DNA of 64,000 nucleotides from an uncultured delta proteobacterium (GCA_963769935.1 CAVYNY010000013.1:224001-288000), one strand, 5' to 3'; counted from the first letter of the stretch, positions 19,785 through 30,578 are shown. Notes: generated from the letters alone by a model not told the origin. Program-made: numbers and translations.

Positions 19785-19927
19785 AAATAGTTCTTTCCAA
19801 CCCCCAAACTTTTACCAGTTTTAAAGTGGCATTGGGCGCAGGGCTCACGGCGCAGGGAAAAAGGATATCTTCAAAAATAAGCGACGATAGTGGTCAAAGT
19901 AAATGCCGGGCAGGTCCGGGACCGAGA

Positions 19928-21316
19928 ATGAACAAATTTTCAATCTACATCGTGGATGACGAACAAACTATTCGGGAAGGAATCGGCATGGCCATCGAGG
20001 ACAATTACCTGTCCATGTCCTTTTCCACCGCCGAAGCCGCTTTAATAGCCCTGGCTGAAAATCCTCCCGACCTGATTTTGCTGGATATCGGCTTGCCCGG
20101 AATGAGCGGCATCGAAGCCCTGCAAAAGATCAAAGCCCTGTATCCGGAGATACCGGTGGTGATGATCACAGCCTACGAGGACATCGCTACGGTCATCAGC
20201 GCCATGAAGTCCGGCGCCTATGACTATGTACTCAAGCCGCTTCACATGGATGCCCTGGCGATCGCTATCAGCAATGCGCTTGACACCGTCCGCTTGCGCA
20301 AAGAAGTACAAATGCTGCAGGAAAAGCAGCTGCTGGAGCACATTCCCTGCTTTATCGCCGCCAGCCATGCCATTCAAGACGTGATGGAATTTATAAAAAC
20401 AGTGGCTCAAAGCCCCGACACGCCGGTCCTCATCATGGGTGAAACCGGAACGGGCAAGGAGTTGCTGGCGGCGGCGATTCACTACTACAGTCCGAATTTC
20501 AAGGCGCCGCTGGCCACCGTCAACTGCGCCGCCATCCCCCGGGACCTGATCGAAAGTGAGCTTTTCGGCTACGAAAAGGGGGCTTTCAGCGGGGCCGATG
20601 CGGCCGGCAAAAAAGGTCTCATCGAGGAGGCGGCCGACGGAACCCTGTTTTTGGATGAAATCGGCGATCTGAGCTTTGAAGCTCAGGCCAAACTATTGCG
20701 GTTCCTCGAAAAGGGTGAATTTTACAGGGTCGGGGGGACTCGCAAAATTCACATTAAAACCCGCGTGGTTTCCGCCACCAATAAAAATATCGACCGGTTG
20801 ATTGATCTGGGGCAGTTTAGAAAGGACCTGTATTTCAGGCTGGGGGTTATTAGGGTTCAGGTTCCCTCCTTAAACGAACGTCCGGACGACATTTTGCCGC
20901 TGGCCAAGTATTTCCTGCAGGAATTCAGCAAAAAATTCAACAAAAAATTCAACCGTATTTCGACCGAGGCCCGGAATGCGTTGCTGGCCCACGACTGGAC
21001 CGGCAATGTGCGGGAGTTAAAAAATCTGATCGAAGCTGCCGTCCTAGTCGCCAAGGGTCCCGAACTGACGGCCAAGAGTTTGGGGTTGGCAGCCCAAACT
21101 CCGAGTATTAAATCGGCATCGGCCCAAGACGGGATGGCGCTGCCGCCGTTGCAACCGCAGGGAATCGATCTGACTGCAAAGCTGCGATCGATTGAAAAAT
21201 ACTATATGGAAGAAGCCCTCACAATTGCGGAAGGCAATGAAAGCAAAGCCGCTCTGCTGCTGAGTCTGAACCATCACACCTTCCGTTACCGCCGGAAAAA
21301 ATTATTCGACGAGTAA
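19928..21316 (+). CDS. Sigma54-dependent response regulator (NtrC family)
   Basis: REC, GETGTGKE, GAFSGA, WTGNVREL, HTH. Confidence 0.93.
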   Translation: MNKFSIYIVDDEQTIREGIGMAIEDNYLSMSFSTAEAALIALAENPPDLILLDIGLPGMSGIEALQKIKALYPEIPVVMITAYEDIATVISAMKSGAYDYVLKPLHMDALAIAISNALDTVRLRKEVQMLQEKQLLEHIPCFIAASHAIQDVMEFIKTVAQSPDTPVLIMGETGTGKELLAAAIHYYSPNFKAPLATVNCAAIPRDLIESELFGYEKGAFSGADAAGKKGLIEEAADGTLFLDEIGDLSFEAQAKLLRFLEKGEFYRVGGTRKIHIKTRVVSATNKNIDRLIDLGQFRKDLYFRLGVIRVQVPSLNERPDDILPLAKYFLQEFSKKFNKKFNRISTEARNALLAHDWTGNVRELKNLIEAAVLVAKGPELTAKSLGLAAQTPSIKSASAQDGMALPPLQPQGIDLTAKLRSIEKYYMEEALTIAEGNESKAALLLSLNHHTFRYRRKKLFDE

Positions 21317-21467
21317 AGAATCCCGGTCCAGAAGGACAGGCATTGACTTCACCTGAGAGAGGTGGTCATTGCCGTCACATAACCCATGGTATTCACTTAC
21401 GGCAAAGCCTATTATCTGGGAACTGTCCCAGAGGACCCGGCTTTAGATGATGGGATAACAAGTTTAA

Positions 21468-21505
21468 TTCGAAAATTTGCGAACACGGATTCGAAATTTT
21501 ACTAA
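21468..21505 (+). promoter_or_regulatory. Tandem enhancer sites, shared with 51340-51378
   Basis: TTCGAAAATTTGCGAA and TTCGAAATTTTACTAA, starts 22 bp apart. Confidence 0.75.
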
Positions 21506-21592
21506 TTTTAAAAACCGCTTCCAAACGCCTGGCAAACCGCAATTAATTCTAATGGATTGAATTAATGAATTTTATTTGTGGGGACGTTCACC

Positions 21593-21608
21593 TGGCATAT
21601 AATATGCT
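21593..21608 (+). promoter_or_regulatory. Sigma54 promoter upstream of usp
   Basis: TGGCATATAATATGCT (GG-N10-GC). Confidence 0.75.
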
Positions 21609-21724
21609 CTACTACCGGATGATCCGGCGTCGAATGGCACAAACCGGGGCACTAAATAGCCGATAGCTGCTTAAAATGTTGGGTTGATTTCAGGCGGTTG
21701 TGATGAAAACCATGGCAATATTGC

Positions 21725-21910
21725 TCGATCCTGGATACTGGCTTCCAGTCTTCGCTCTTTCAGAGCTTCGATCCGGCAAGCTGGATGCCGGATGTTCTTA
21801 AATCACACTCTCGATGCATTCCTGAATATCCAGCATCAAGTAGCCAGCATCCGGCATGGTCCCAGTAAAAGCGGCTGTCTATCTGTCCTAGTAAAAGCGG
21901 CTGTCTATCT
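21725..21910. repeat. 7-bp-period inverted arms (CTGGATA/CTGGATG vs CCAGCAT) plus a 21-bp direct repeat
   Basis: Arms at about 21730-21795 and 21825-21857; AGTAAAAGCGGCTGTCTATCT at 21864-21884 and 21890-21910. Confidence 0.7.
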
Positions 21911-21976
21911 TCTACTCCGGTTGAGGAGTTAAACTGAGTTTTGCAACGATAAAGATGACCCAAAAGGAGCCTCGCC

Positions 21977-22495
21977 ATGATACCGAAAATTAATAAAATT
22001 CTTTATGCAACCGATCTTTCTCCCAATTCATCCTTTGTTTTCCGTTATGCCATCAACTCAGCCATCAAACATGATGCGCGCATCGTAATTCTGCATGTTT
22101 TTGAACTATTCTCGACTGCGGCCCGCTCCCAGATCGAACTATATATTGATGAGGAGGTCAGAAGAAGAATTTTTCATGAAAGAGTAGGAGAGACGAAAGA
22201 TCGTATAAAAAAGCGCTTAGATGTATTTTGTGAAAAAGAACTGCAGGCGTATCCGGGATCGGCGGAGCGGGTAGTCGCCATTGAAGTGAGTGAAGGTTTT
22301 CCGGCGGAAAAAATTCTAACCAAGGCCGAAGAACATGCCTGCGATGTCATCATCATGGGAACCCACAGCAAGGGCATAATTGCCAACACCTTTTTAGGCA
22401 GCACGGCCAAAAGAGTTCTTCGCCGCACCCGAATACCTGTTTTCATTATCCCGCTGCCCAAGGGGGAGATTGATATTACCGTCCAGGATTTTTAG
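21977..22495 (+). CDS. Universal stress protein (UspA family)
   Basis: ILYATDLS, DVIIMGTH..G..FLGSTA motifs; AGGAG RBS. Confidence 0.93.
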   Translation: MIPKINKILYATDLSPNSSFVFRYAINSAIKHDARIVILHVFELFSTAARSQIELYIDEEVRRRIFHERVGETKDRIKKRLDVFCEKELQAYPGSAERVVAIEVSEGFPAEKILTKAEEHACDVIIMGTHSKGIIANTFLGSTAKRVLRRTRIPVFIIPLPKGEIDITVQDF

Positions 22496-22795
22496 ACCAA
22501 TTTGAGCCGGAATTGCAAGTTCACAATTTAGCCTTTTTACAGTCTTCTCAGTTCTTGTTTTCAGGATGCCGTGGCATCCTCACGGCGCCATATCACAAAA
22601 AAGCGACTGAACATTCCAAACGCCTCAGCCAGCGGGGATATACTTTAAAAAAACCACCGGGCTCGCTGTTCGACCTGTAATCCTTTAACCATCTATTAGT
22701 ACATATTTCCCATGCGGTTCGAAACTCATCCGACAAAACGTAAAGGTTTCAATCCATAGACCTATCCAACGCAGAAAAACAAATTTTGAAAAAGT

Positions 22796-22811
22796 TGGCA
22801 GGTGAATTGCA
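22796..22811 (+). promoter_or_regulatory. Possible sigma54 promoter upstream of degP
   Basis: TGGCAGGTGAATTGCA (GG-N10-GC with TTGCA), about 180 bp before the ATG. Confidence 0.55.
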
Positions 22812-22992
22812 GATTATACATGACGACATAGATTATTGTGCATACATACACAGCATTCTTTCTATTTGGCCCGGTACGATAGGTTATAAACCAACTACAA
22901 AAAAGGCGGATACTGCATTAATTATGACGCTGGGTATAATTCGGGAACTACCCGAAGCAAAAAGGTCGAGGCATCTGTAAAAGGGGGAAATC

Positions 22993-24429
22993 ATGCGAAA
23001 CAGTTACAAAAAACCAATGCACCCATTTTTTATGCGGGCAGTTGTCACATTCCTGATTATCGGATGGGTGTTGGGGTGCCAACACACACCCGCCCTGGCA
23101 AAGGACAGCGGGCAAAAATTCCCAAGATCTTTCGCGGAGTTGGTCAAAAAGTCCAGCCCCTCGGTAGTCAATATCATTGCGCTTAAGATCATCCGCTCAC
23201 CCGGTCAAGGCGCCGCACCTTTGGGACCGGAAGATCCCATGCGGGATTTTTTTGAGCGGTTCTTCGGCCGGCAGCTGCCCCAGGAATATCGTCAGAATGA
23301 ACTTGGTACCGGTTTTGTCATCGATCGGGAGGGCTTTATTCTGACCAACAACCACGTGGTCGAACAAACCGAAGAACTGAAGGTGCGCTTCAGCGATGAA
23401 AAGCAATACAACGCGAAAATCATCGGCCGGGATCCCAAAACCGATTTGGCCCTTATCAAAATCGATGCGCAGGAGCCGCTCACTCCGTTGAGGCTGGGTG
23501 ACTCCGATAGCCTGCAAGTGGGGGACTGGGTGGTTGCCATCGGAAATCCATTCGGTCTGGGAAACACGGTAACGGCCGGCATCGTCAGTGCCAAGTATCG
23601 CCAGATCGGAGGCGGGCCCTATGATAATTTTATCCAGACCGATGCCCCCATCAATCCCGGCAACAGCGGTGGTCCCCTGCTGGACCTGGACGGCAAAGTG
23701 GTCGGTGTCAATTCGGCGATTTTCTCCCAAGACGGCGGCAATATCGGAATCGGATTTGCTATCCCGATCAACATGGCCAAGCAGCTGCTGCCCCAGCTCA
23801 GGGAAGGCAGGGTGCGGCGCTCCTGGCTGGGCGTCATGGTTCAGAACATAACACCGGAATTAAAGTCGAAACTCGGCCTGGGCACCGATCAAGGTGCACT
23901 CGTCTCGGATGTCTCAGCCGGCGGCCCGGCCGAAAAAGCCGGCATCAAAAGGGGCGATGTGATTCTAAAATTTGACGGCAAAGCTATCCGAAGTTCCCGT
24001 GACCTACCCTTTGTGGTGGCATCGACTCCCATCGGCAAGAAGGTTGCAGTGGAAGTCATGCGGGAAGGCCAACGAATGAATTTGCAGGTTACAACTGAAG
24101 AGCTTCAAGAAGAGACCGAAGAGGAACCAGCCGGCAAAACCTCTAGCCGCCTTGGCATAGAGGTGCAGGACATAACCCCCGAAATGGCCCAGAATTATGG
24201 TCTGTCCCAAACTTCCGGCGTCATTGTCGTTCGGGTTGAAGACGGCTCTCCGGCAGAAGAGGCTGGTCTGTTTGCCGGTGACATTATCGTCGAGCTCGAT
24301 AAAAAACCGGTCAAAGATATCGAGACCCTGGAAAATTTGCTGTCTGGAATAAATGAGGGACAAACCATTCTCTTCCTGATCGATCGCGGCGGTACGACGA
24401 TTTTTGTGACGCTTAACGTAGAAAAATAA
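22993..24429 (+). CDS. degP: DegP/DegQ (HtrA) periplasmic serine protease with two PDZ domains
   Basis: Triad motifs TNNHV, TDLA, GNSGG; two PDZ repeats; signal peptide. Confidence 0.93.
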   Translation: MRNSYKKPMHPFFMRAVVTFLIIGWVLGCQHTPALAKDSGQKFPRSFAELVKKSSPSVVNIIALKIIRSPGQGAAPLGPEDPMRDFFERFFGRQLPQEYRQNELGTGFVIDREGFILTNNHVVEQTEELKVRFSDEKQYNAKIIGRDPKTDLALIKIDAQEPLTPLRLGDSDSLQVGDWVVAIGNPFGLGNTVTAGIVSAKYRQIGGGPYDNFIQTDAPINPGNSGGPLLDLDGKVVGVNSAIFSQDGGNIGIGFAIPINMAKQLLPQLREGRVRRSWLGVMVQNITPELKSKLGLGTDQGALVSDVSAGGPAEKAGIKRGDVILKFDGKAIRSSRDLPFVVASTPIGKKVAVEVMREGQRMNLQVTTEELQEETEEEPAGKTSSRLGIEVQDITPEMAQNYGLSQTSGVIVVRVEDGSPAEEAGLFAGDIIVELDKKPVKDIETLENLLSGINEGQTILFLIDRGGTTIFVTLNVEK

Positions 24430-24568
24430 CAGATCTCTGCAGAGGGTTGCCAGCCGCACAATTCAGATTGCATGCCTGCGGCCGGGAATACAAAATATAA
24501 ACGACCAGCCGCAGGAATATGCGTAAAACCGGACATAAGTCGGAAAATATTTGTCTGAGCATTCAAGT

Positions 24569-26152
24569 ATGCCAAGCTACAGTACCCGTGACGGACACCG
24601 TCAGGCTTTAATTTTACTGTGTATTTTTCTATGCGGCTGTACGGTAGGACCGGATTTTGTGCACCCTAAGGCGCAGGTATCTCCAGAGTGGCTGGAAACA
24701 GGAGATAAACGGGTGATTACCGAGCCCGCCGCGTATCGCGATTGGTGGCGCGCATTTGACGATCCGCTCCTCGACCGGATCATCGCGCAGGCCTACCGGG
24801 AGAACCTGTCTCTCAGGATCGCCGGCCTACGGGTCCTGCAGGCCCGGGCGCTGCTCGGCATTGCGGCGGGTGAATTCTACCCTCAGGTCCAACAGGGTTT
24901 CGGTTCGCTTCAATACAACCGACCCAGTAAACGCTCGGCCGCCTCTACCGCCGGCATCACTCCGGGGTTCTGGCTATCGGAGATCGGTTTTTCGGCCAGC
25001 TGGGAGCTTGATTTCTGGGGGAAATTCAGGCGTACCATCGAGTCGGCCAATGCCGGATGGCTGGCCACGCTTGCCGACTATGACACCGTTCTGGTGAGTC
25101 TTACCGCCGATGTTGCCGATTCCTACGTCTTGATCAGGACCCTGGAAAAGCGGATCGAGATTGCCCGCCGCAACGTGGAGACTCAAACGGAGAGCCTTCA
25201 GATTGCCGAGGCCCGGTTTCAGTACGGTACGGTCTCGCAGCTGGATGTGGCCCAGGCCGAATCAGTGCTCAACAACACCCTGGCGTCTGTTCCGGTCCTG
25301 GAAGCCCAACTGCGACAGACTCAGAATGCCCTTTGCGTGCTGCTGGGTCTTGCGCCGAGTGATTTGGTGGAAGTCTTGAAAGCTCCTTCCAAAATACCGG
25401 TCTCCCCGCCCCAGGTTGTCGTGGGCATTCCGGCCGATCTGTTGCGCCGCAGACCGGATGTCCGGAGTGCCGAATACCGGGCGGCTGCCCAGTGCGCTTT
25501 GATAGGGGCCGCCAAGGCGGATCTCTATCCCGCTTTTTCCCTGACCGGGACTTTCGGATTTCTCTCCACGGATTTAGGAAAAAATAAGCTCAGCGACATG
25601 TTTCAGTGGCAAAGCCGTACGCTTCAAGGAGGACCTTCCCTGACATGGGACCTATTCAATTATGGCCGGATCACCAATAACGTTCGCGTCCAGGATGCCT
25701 TGTACCAGGAATTGATCATCACCTATCAGAATACCGTCCTAGCCGCCCAGCAGGAAGTGGAAGACAACCTGGCAGCGTTTCTAAAGGCCCAGGACCAGGC
25801 CGGGTTTTTGGCCAAAGCGGTCACGGCGGCCCAAAAATCCCTTGACCTGGCGGTCCTCCAGTATCAGGAAGGCGTCATTGATTTTACCACGGTCCTGGCT
25901 GCACAGCAGGCCCTTATAAATGAACAGGACAGCCTGGCAACGACTTTGGGCAACATCTCCAGCAGCCTGGTGGGAATCTACCGGGCGCTGGGCGGAGGCT
26001 GGGAGATCCGAGAAGGGAAAGCGCTGGTGCCCCCCGAGATCACGGAGGAGATGGCAAAACGGACCGACTGGGGAAGATTGCTGGCGCCGGCGTCCTATCA
26101 TCCGACAACTGCCGAAGAACCCCAATCAACCATCCGGCTTCCCGACTGGTAA
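24569..26152 (+). CDS. RND efflux outer-membrane lipoprotein (NodT/OprM family)
   Basis: Lipobox LCGC-TVGPDF, WELDFWG, PADLLRRRPDV, YRALGGGW. Confidence 0.93.
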   Translation: MPSYSTRDGHRQALILLCIFLCGCTVGPDFVHPKAQVSPEWLETGDKRVITEPAAYRDWWRAFDDPLLDRIIAQAYRENLSLRIAGLRVLQARALLGIAAGEFYPQVQQGFGSLQYNRPSKRSAASTAGITPGFWLSEIGFSASWELDFWGKFRRTIESANAGWLATLADYDTVLVSLTADVADSYVLIRTLEKRIEIARRNVETQTESLQIAEARFQYGTVSQLDVAQAESVLNNTLASVPVLEAQLRQTQNALCVLLGLAPSDLVEVLKAPSKIPVSPPQVVVGIPADLLRRRPDVRSAEYRAAAQCALIGAAKADLYPAFSLTGTFGFLSTDLGKNKLSDMFQWQSRTLQGGPSLTWDLFNYGRITNNVRVQDALYQELIITYQNTVLAAQQEVEDNLAAFLKAQDQAGFLAKAVTAAQKSLDLAVLQYQEGVIDFTTVLAAQQALINEQDSLATTLGNISSSLVGIYRALGGGWEIREGKALVPPEITEEMAKRTDWGRLLAPASYHPTTAEEPQSTIRLPDW

Positions 26153-26205
26153 GTAAATACGGAACTATGATCAATACAAAGACAATTCGGCATAGAGATT
26201 GAGTC

Positions 26206-27408
26206 ATGACGGTTAATAAAAAATATTCCATTCCTGGAATTCAGGTCTTCTGGACAGGGTTCATCTGTTCGATCCTTCTTATTCTGGCGACGGGATGCAA
26301 AGAGAAGCCGCCGCCGCCACCGCCGCCGCCCAAAGTGACGGTTGCTCAGCCGGTGCAGCAGATGGCGACCGACTACCTGGAGTTGACCGGCAATACCGAC
26401 GCCATCTACACGGTCGAGCTGGTTGCCCGGGTTGCCGGATACCTGGAAAAGGTTTTCTTCCAGGACGGGCAAATTGTCAAAAAAGGACAGCTGCTCTTTC
26501 GCATCCAGCAGGACACCTACCAGGACCTGCTGCGACAGGCTGAGGGGCAAATTTCGCTGCAGAAAGCCCAGTTGGAGTATGCCCGGAAAGAACTGGTCCG
26601 GTACACCAATCTATTGCAGCAGAAGGGCGCTTCCCAGGAGATCGTGGACAACTGGCAATACCAGAGAGACTCGGCCCTGGCCAATTTGAAGGTGGCCGAG
26701 GCCGCGCGGAACCTGGCGCGGCTCAATCTGGCTTACACCGAGGTCAGCGCCCCTTTCGACGGCCGGATCGATCGAAGGCTGGTCGATCCGGGCAATCTGG
26801 TTGGGTCGACCGGAAATACCGTGCTGGCCCGGATGAACCAGATCGATCCCATCTACGTCTATTTCAACATCAGCGACGCGGACCTGGCGCGGCTGATGGG
26901 AGAAGCCCGCTGGATACCGGGGCAGGCGCCGGCCGAAATATGGCCCATGTATGTGGGCCTGCCGAATGAAAAAGAGTATCCCCATGAGGGCCGCCTGGAC
27001 TTTGCCTCCATCAGCCTGGCTCCCACCACCGGTACCTTGCTGCTGCGGGGAATCTTGCCGAACCCGGACGGCAGGATCTTGCCGGGGCTCTACGCCCGTG
27101 TGCATGTACGTGTCAAGGAAGGACCCGCGCTGCTCGTTTCTCCGGAGGCGATCGGATACGACCAGCGGGGGGCTTACGTGTTGGCCGTCAAGGAAGACAA
27201 TGTGGTCCAGCGGGTTAGCATTAGAACCGGCACTCTGGTCAACGACCTGCGGGTTGTTGAAGAAGGTCTGACGGCAAGGGATTGGATCGTTATCAAGGGC
27301 GTTCAAAAGGCCACCCCGGGAAGGCGGGTAACGCCGGAGAAGGCTGATTTACGGACATCACCCGCAGTCCCTGCTCACCCCCCTAGACCGGGGAAGGGAG
27401 GTCCATAA
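26206..27408 (+). CDS. RND periplasmic adaptor (MFP)
   Basis: Lipobox ATGC, ARVAGYL, APFDGRI, ILPG motifs. Confidence 0.93.
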   Translation: MTVNKKYSIPGIQVFWTGFICSILLILATGCKEKPPPPPPPPKVTVAQPVQQMATDYLELTGNTDAIYTVELVARVAGYLEKVFFQDGQIVKKGQLLFRIQQDTYQDLLRQAEGQISLQKAQLEYARKELVRYTNLLQQKGASQEIVDNWQYQRDSALANLKVAEAARNLARLNLAYTEVSAPFDGRIDRRLVDPGNLVGSTGNTVLARMNQIDPIYVYFNISDADLARLMGEARWIPGQAPAEIWPMYVGLPNEKEYPHEGRLDFASISLAPTTGTLLLRGILPNPDGRILPGLYARVHVRVKEGPALLVSPEAIGYDQRGAYVLAVKEDNVVQRVSIRTGTLVNDLRVVEEGLTARDWIVIKGVQKATPGRRVTPEKADLRTSPAVPAHPPRPGKGGP

Positions 27409-30400
27409 TGTCGCGTTTCTTCATTGAGAGGCCGATTCTCGCCAATGTCCTCGCCGTTATCACCCTGATTATCGGCTTCATCAGTTACTACCGGCTTCCC
27501 GTCGAGCAGTATCCGCCGATCACGCCGCCCACCATTCAGGTGAGCGCCAGATATCCGGGGGCCAGTGCAGCTGTCGTTGCTGAGACGATGGGCGTGCCCA
27601 TCGAGCAGGCGGTCAACGGCGTGGAGCATTCCATCTACATGTCTTCCACCAGCAGCAACGACGGATCTTATACCCTCACGATCACCTTTGATGTCGGCAC
27701 CGATCTGGACAAATCGCTTATTCTCGTCCAAAACCAGGTCAACAGCGCGCTTTCCCAGCTCCCCGGCGGCGTCCAGGTCCAGGGAGTCAACGTGCGGAAA
27801 GTCTCCACCAACATCCTGGTTGTTGTCAGCCTGTACTCTCAAGACGACCGTTTCGATGAGGCCTTTCTCTCCAATTACGGGATTATCAACATGCAGAACC
27901 CCCTCGCCCGGCTGCCGGGTATCGGCCAGGTGAGAGTCTTTGGTGCAGGTCAATACAGCATGCGCGTTTGGCTGGACCCCAATCGGCTCAGACAGTTCGC
28001 ACTCACCACCGCGGATGTGCTGAATGCCATCGGGGATCAGAACGTCCAGGTGGTGGCCGGACAGCTGGGGGCCCCTCCTGTTTCCAGCAGTCAGGCCGTT
28101 CAATTTTCCATCAACAGCCTGGGCCGGCTTTCCGAAGCTGCTCAATTCGAGAACATCATTGTGAAAAGTGCCGCCGGGCCGGGCGCTCAGATTGTCCGTT
28201 TGCGAGACATCGCCAAGGTGGATCTCGGCCAGCAGTCGTACTCGAACTATGCCAATACGGGCGGACGCCGATCGGCCCAGGTCATTGTGTTCGCGCTTCC
28301 GGATGCCAACGCCATCGCCGTGGCCAATCATGTTTACCAGGCCGTAAAGGCGATGAGCAAGGATTTCCCCGCCGGCCTTAAGTATGCAATCCACTTCGAT
28401 ACGACGCGGTTCGTCCGTGAGGCCGTATCCAAGGTTTATGAAACGCTTTTTGAAGCCGCTATTCTCGTCCTTGTCGTCATCATGATATTTCTGCAAAGTT
28501 TCCGGGCCATGCTCGTTCCGGCGACTACCGTCCCCGTGACCATCATAGGGGCGTTCGCAGCAATGATCGCTCTCGGTTTCACCATCAACATCATGACCTT
28601 ATTCGCCCTGGTTCTGGCCATCGGCATCGTCGTCGACGACGCCATCGTCATTGTGGAAAACACCGCCTACTATATCGAGAGGGGTTTATCCCCCAAGGAA
28701 GCAGCTATCAAGGCGATGAGTGAGCTGACCGGCCCGATCATGGGAATTACGGTGGCGCTGGTGTCCGTCTTTCTGCCGGCGGCCTTCCTGCCGGGCATTA
28801 CCGGACAGATTTTCCGGCAATTTGCGCTGGTCATTGCCGCTATTGCCGTCATCAGTGCCATCAATGCCATGACCTTGAAACCGGCCCAGTGTGCACTATG
28901 GCTTCGGCCAAGGCCGAATAAGCGGCCCAATTGGTTTTACCGCGGCTTCAACAGGGCCTATGAGGCCACGAAGGACGCTTACATCGGGCTGGTCCGCCGC
29001 ATGGTAAACCACCCGGGGCTCATGCTGGCGGTTTTTCTGGCTTTTATCGCCGTTGCCGGCTGGCAGTTCGCGCAGCGGCCTACGGGCTTCCTCCCAAGCG
29101 AAGACCAGGGATATGCCATCCTGTTTACGCGTCTGCCCGACGGCGCAGCGCAGCCCCGGGCTCGGGAGGTATCACAGGCGATTGACCGCATTCTGAGCAA
29201 AACACCCGGCATCGCCAGCTGGGTGACCATCGGGGGGTTCTCGATCCTCGACGCAGCAAATGTTCCCAATATCAACACCACGTTTATCGTCTACGAGGAC
29301 TGGAGTAAACGCGGCGCCGCCCTGAACCAGAGCCAGATCGTTTCCGGCCTGAACCGCGATCTTTCCGCCATTCAGGAGGCCATTGCGTTTGTCGTCATCC
29401 CCCCGCCTATCAGAGGCTTGGGCCAGGCCGGCGGTTTTCAGATGATGGTGGAGGATCGCAAGGGCAACGACCTTGAAGCGCTTCAGAATCTGGCGAATCA
29501 ACTCATCGATGCCGGCAACTCACAGCCCAACCTTGCCGGCCTGGCCACTACTTTCGACGCCCGCAGCCCGCAACTCTTTCTGGACATCGACCGGACCAAG
29601 GCCCAGTCCTTTCAAGTTCCGCTCACCAGTGTGTTTGGGACGCTCCGGGACTACCTCGGGTCCTCCTTCGTCAACCTGTTCAACAAGTTCAACCAGATAT
29701 ATCAGGTCTACATCCAGGCGGACGCCCAATACCGTGTGCGGCTGCAAGACATCAAGAGTCTCTATACCAGAAATACCCAGGGGGAAATGGTCCCCCTCGG
29801 CAGTCTGCTTGAAGTCAAGCATTCACAGGGACCGGAGCTGATCACCCGCTATAACCTTTACCCGGCCGCCGCTATCTTTGGCTCTGCCGCCCCGGGATTC
29901 AGCTCGGGTCAGGCACTGACGGAGATGGAGCAGCTGGCGGCCCGCGTGTTGCCCCGGGGGGCGGGTTACGATTGGACGGCCACCAGTTATCAGGAGAAGC
30001 AGGTCGGCTATGAGGCCTACTTCATCTATGCCCTGTCCATTACCCTGGTGTTTATGGTATTGGCCGCGCTTTTCGAGAGCTGGGCATCGCCCGCGGCGGT
30101 CATTTTAGCCGTTCCCATGGCGCTGGTCGGGGTTCTCGCCGCCCTTTTGATTAGAAGCTATGATAACAACCTCTATACGCAGATTGGACTGGTGCTCATG
30201 ATTGCATTGGCCAGCAAAAACGCGATTCTCATCGTCGAGTTCGCGCGCGATTTGCGGCGGGAAGGTATGTCCGTCACAGAAGCGGCCGTTGAAGCGACGA
30301 GCCGGCGTTTTCGGCCGATTCTGATGACCTCCTTCGCCTTCATTTCAGGCGTGACCCCGCTTCTCTTTGCCGTGGGAGCCGGCGCCGCCGGCCAGCGGGC

Positions 30401-30578
30401 CATCGGCACGGTCGTGTTCGGCGGCATGCTGGCCTCAACGCTCCTGGCCATTCCCTTTGTGCCCGTGCTTTACGTAATTACGCAGCGGCTGAGCGAACGT
30501 CTTCGTAAAGATAAATTTGCCTCCAAGTCCGGTGCGGAGATGTCGACTTTGGAGAATAACCAGGTACCTTTTGAATAA
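27408..30578 (+). CDS. RND efflux permease (HAE1/AcrB family)
   Basis: MSRFFIERP, AIGIVVDDAIV, ASKNAIL, RFRPILMT. Confidence 0.95.
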   Translation: MSRFFIERPILANVLAVITLIIGFISYYRLPVEQYPPITPPTIQVSARYPGASAAVVAETMGVPIEQAVNGVEHSIYMSSTSSNDGSYTLTITFDVGTDLDKSLILVQNQVNSALSQLPGGVQVQGVNVRKVSTNILVVVSLYSQDDRFDEAFLSNYGIINMQNPLARLPGIGQVRVFGAGQYSMRVWLDPNRLRQFALTTADVLNAIGDQNVQVVAGQLGAPPVSSSQAVQFSINSLGRLSEAAQFENIIVKSAAGPGAQIVRLRDIAKVDLGQQSYSNYANTGGRRSAQVIVFALPDANAIAVANHVYQAVKAMSKDFPAGLKYAIHFDTTRFVREAVSKVYETLFEAAILVLVVIMIFLQSFRAMLVPATTVPVTIIGAFAAMIALGFTINIMTLFALVLAIGIVVDDAIVIVENTAYYIERGLSPKEAAIKAMSELTGPIMGITVALVSVFLPAAFLPGITGQIFRQFALVIAAIAVISAINAMTLKPAQCALWLRPRPNKRPNWFYRGFNRAYEATKDAYIGLVRRMVNHPGLMLAVFLAFIAVAGWQFAQRPTGFLPSEDQGYAILFTRLPDGAAQPRAREVSQAIDRILSKTPGIASWVTIGGFSILDAANVPNINTTFIVYEDWSKRGAALNQSQIVSGLNRDLSAIQEAIAFVVIPPPIRGLGQAGGFQMMVEDRKGNDLEALQNLANQLIDAGNSQPNLAGLATTFDARSPQLFLDIDRTKAQSFQVPLTSVFGTLRDYLGSSFVNLFNKFNQIYQVYIQADAQYRVRLQDIKSLYTRNTQGEMVPLGSLLEVKHSQGPELITRYNLYPAAAIFGSAAPGFSSGQALTEMEQLAARVLPRGAGYDWTATSYQEKQVGYEAYFIYALSITLVFMVLAALFESWASPAAVILAVPMALVGVLAALLIRSYDNNLYTQIGLVLMIALASKNAILIVEFARDLRREGMSVTEAAVEATSRRFRPILMTSFAFISGVTPLLFAVGAGAAGQRAIGTVVFGGMLASTLLAIPFVPVLYVITQRLSERLRKDKFASKSGAEMSTLENNQVPFE

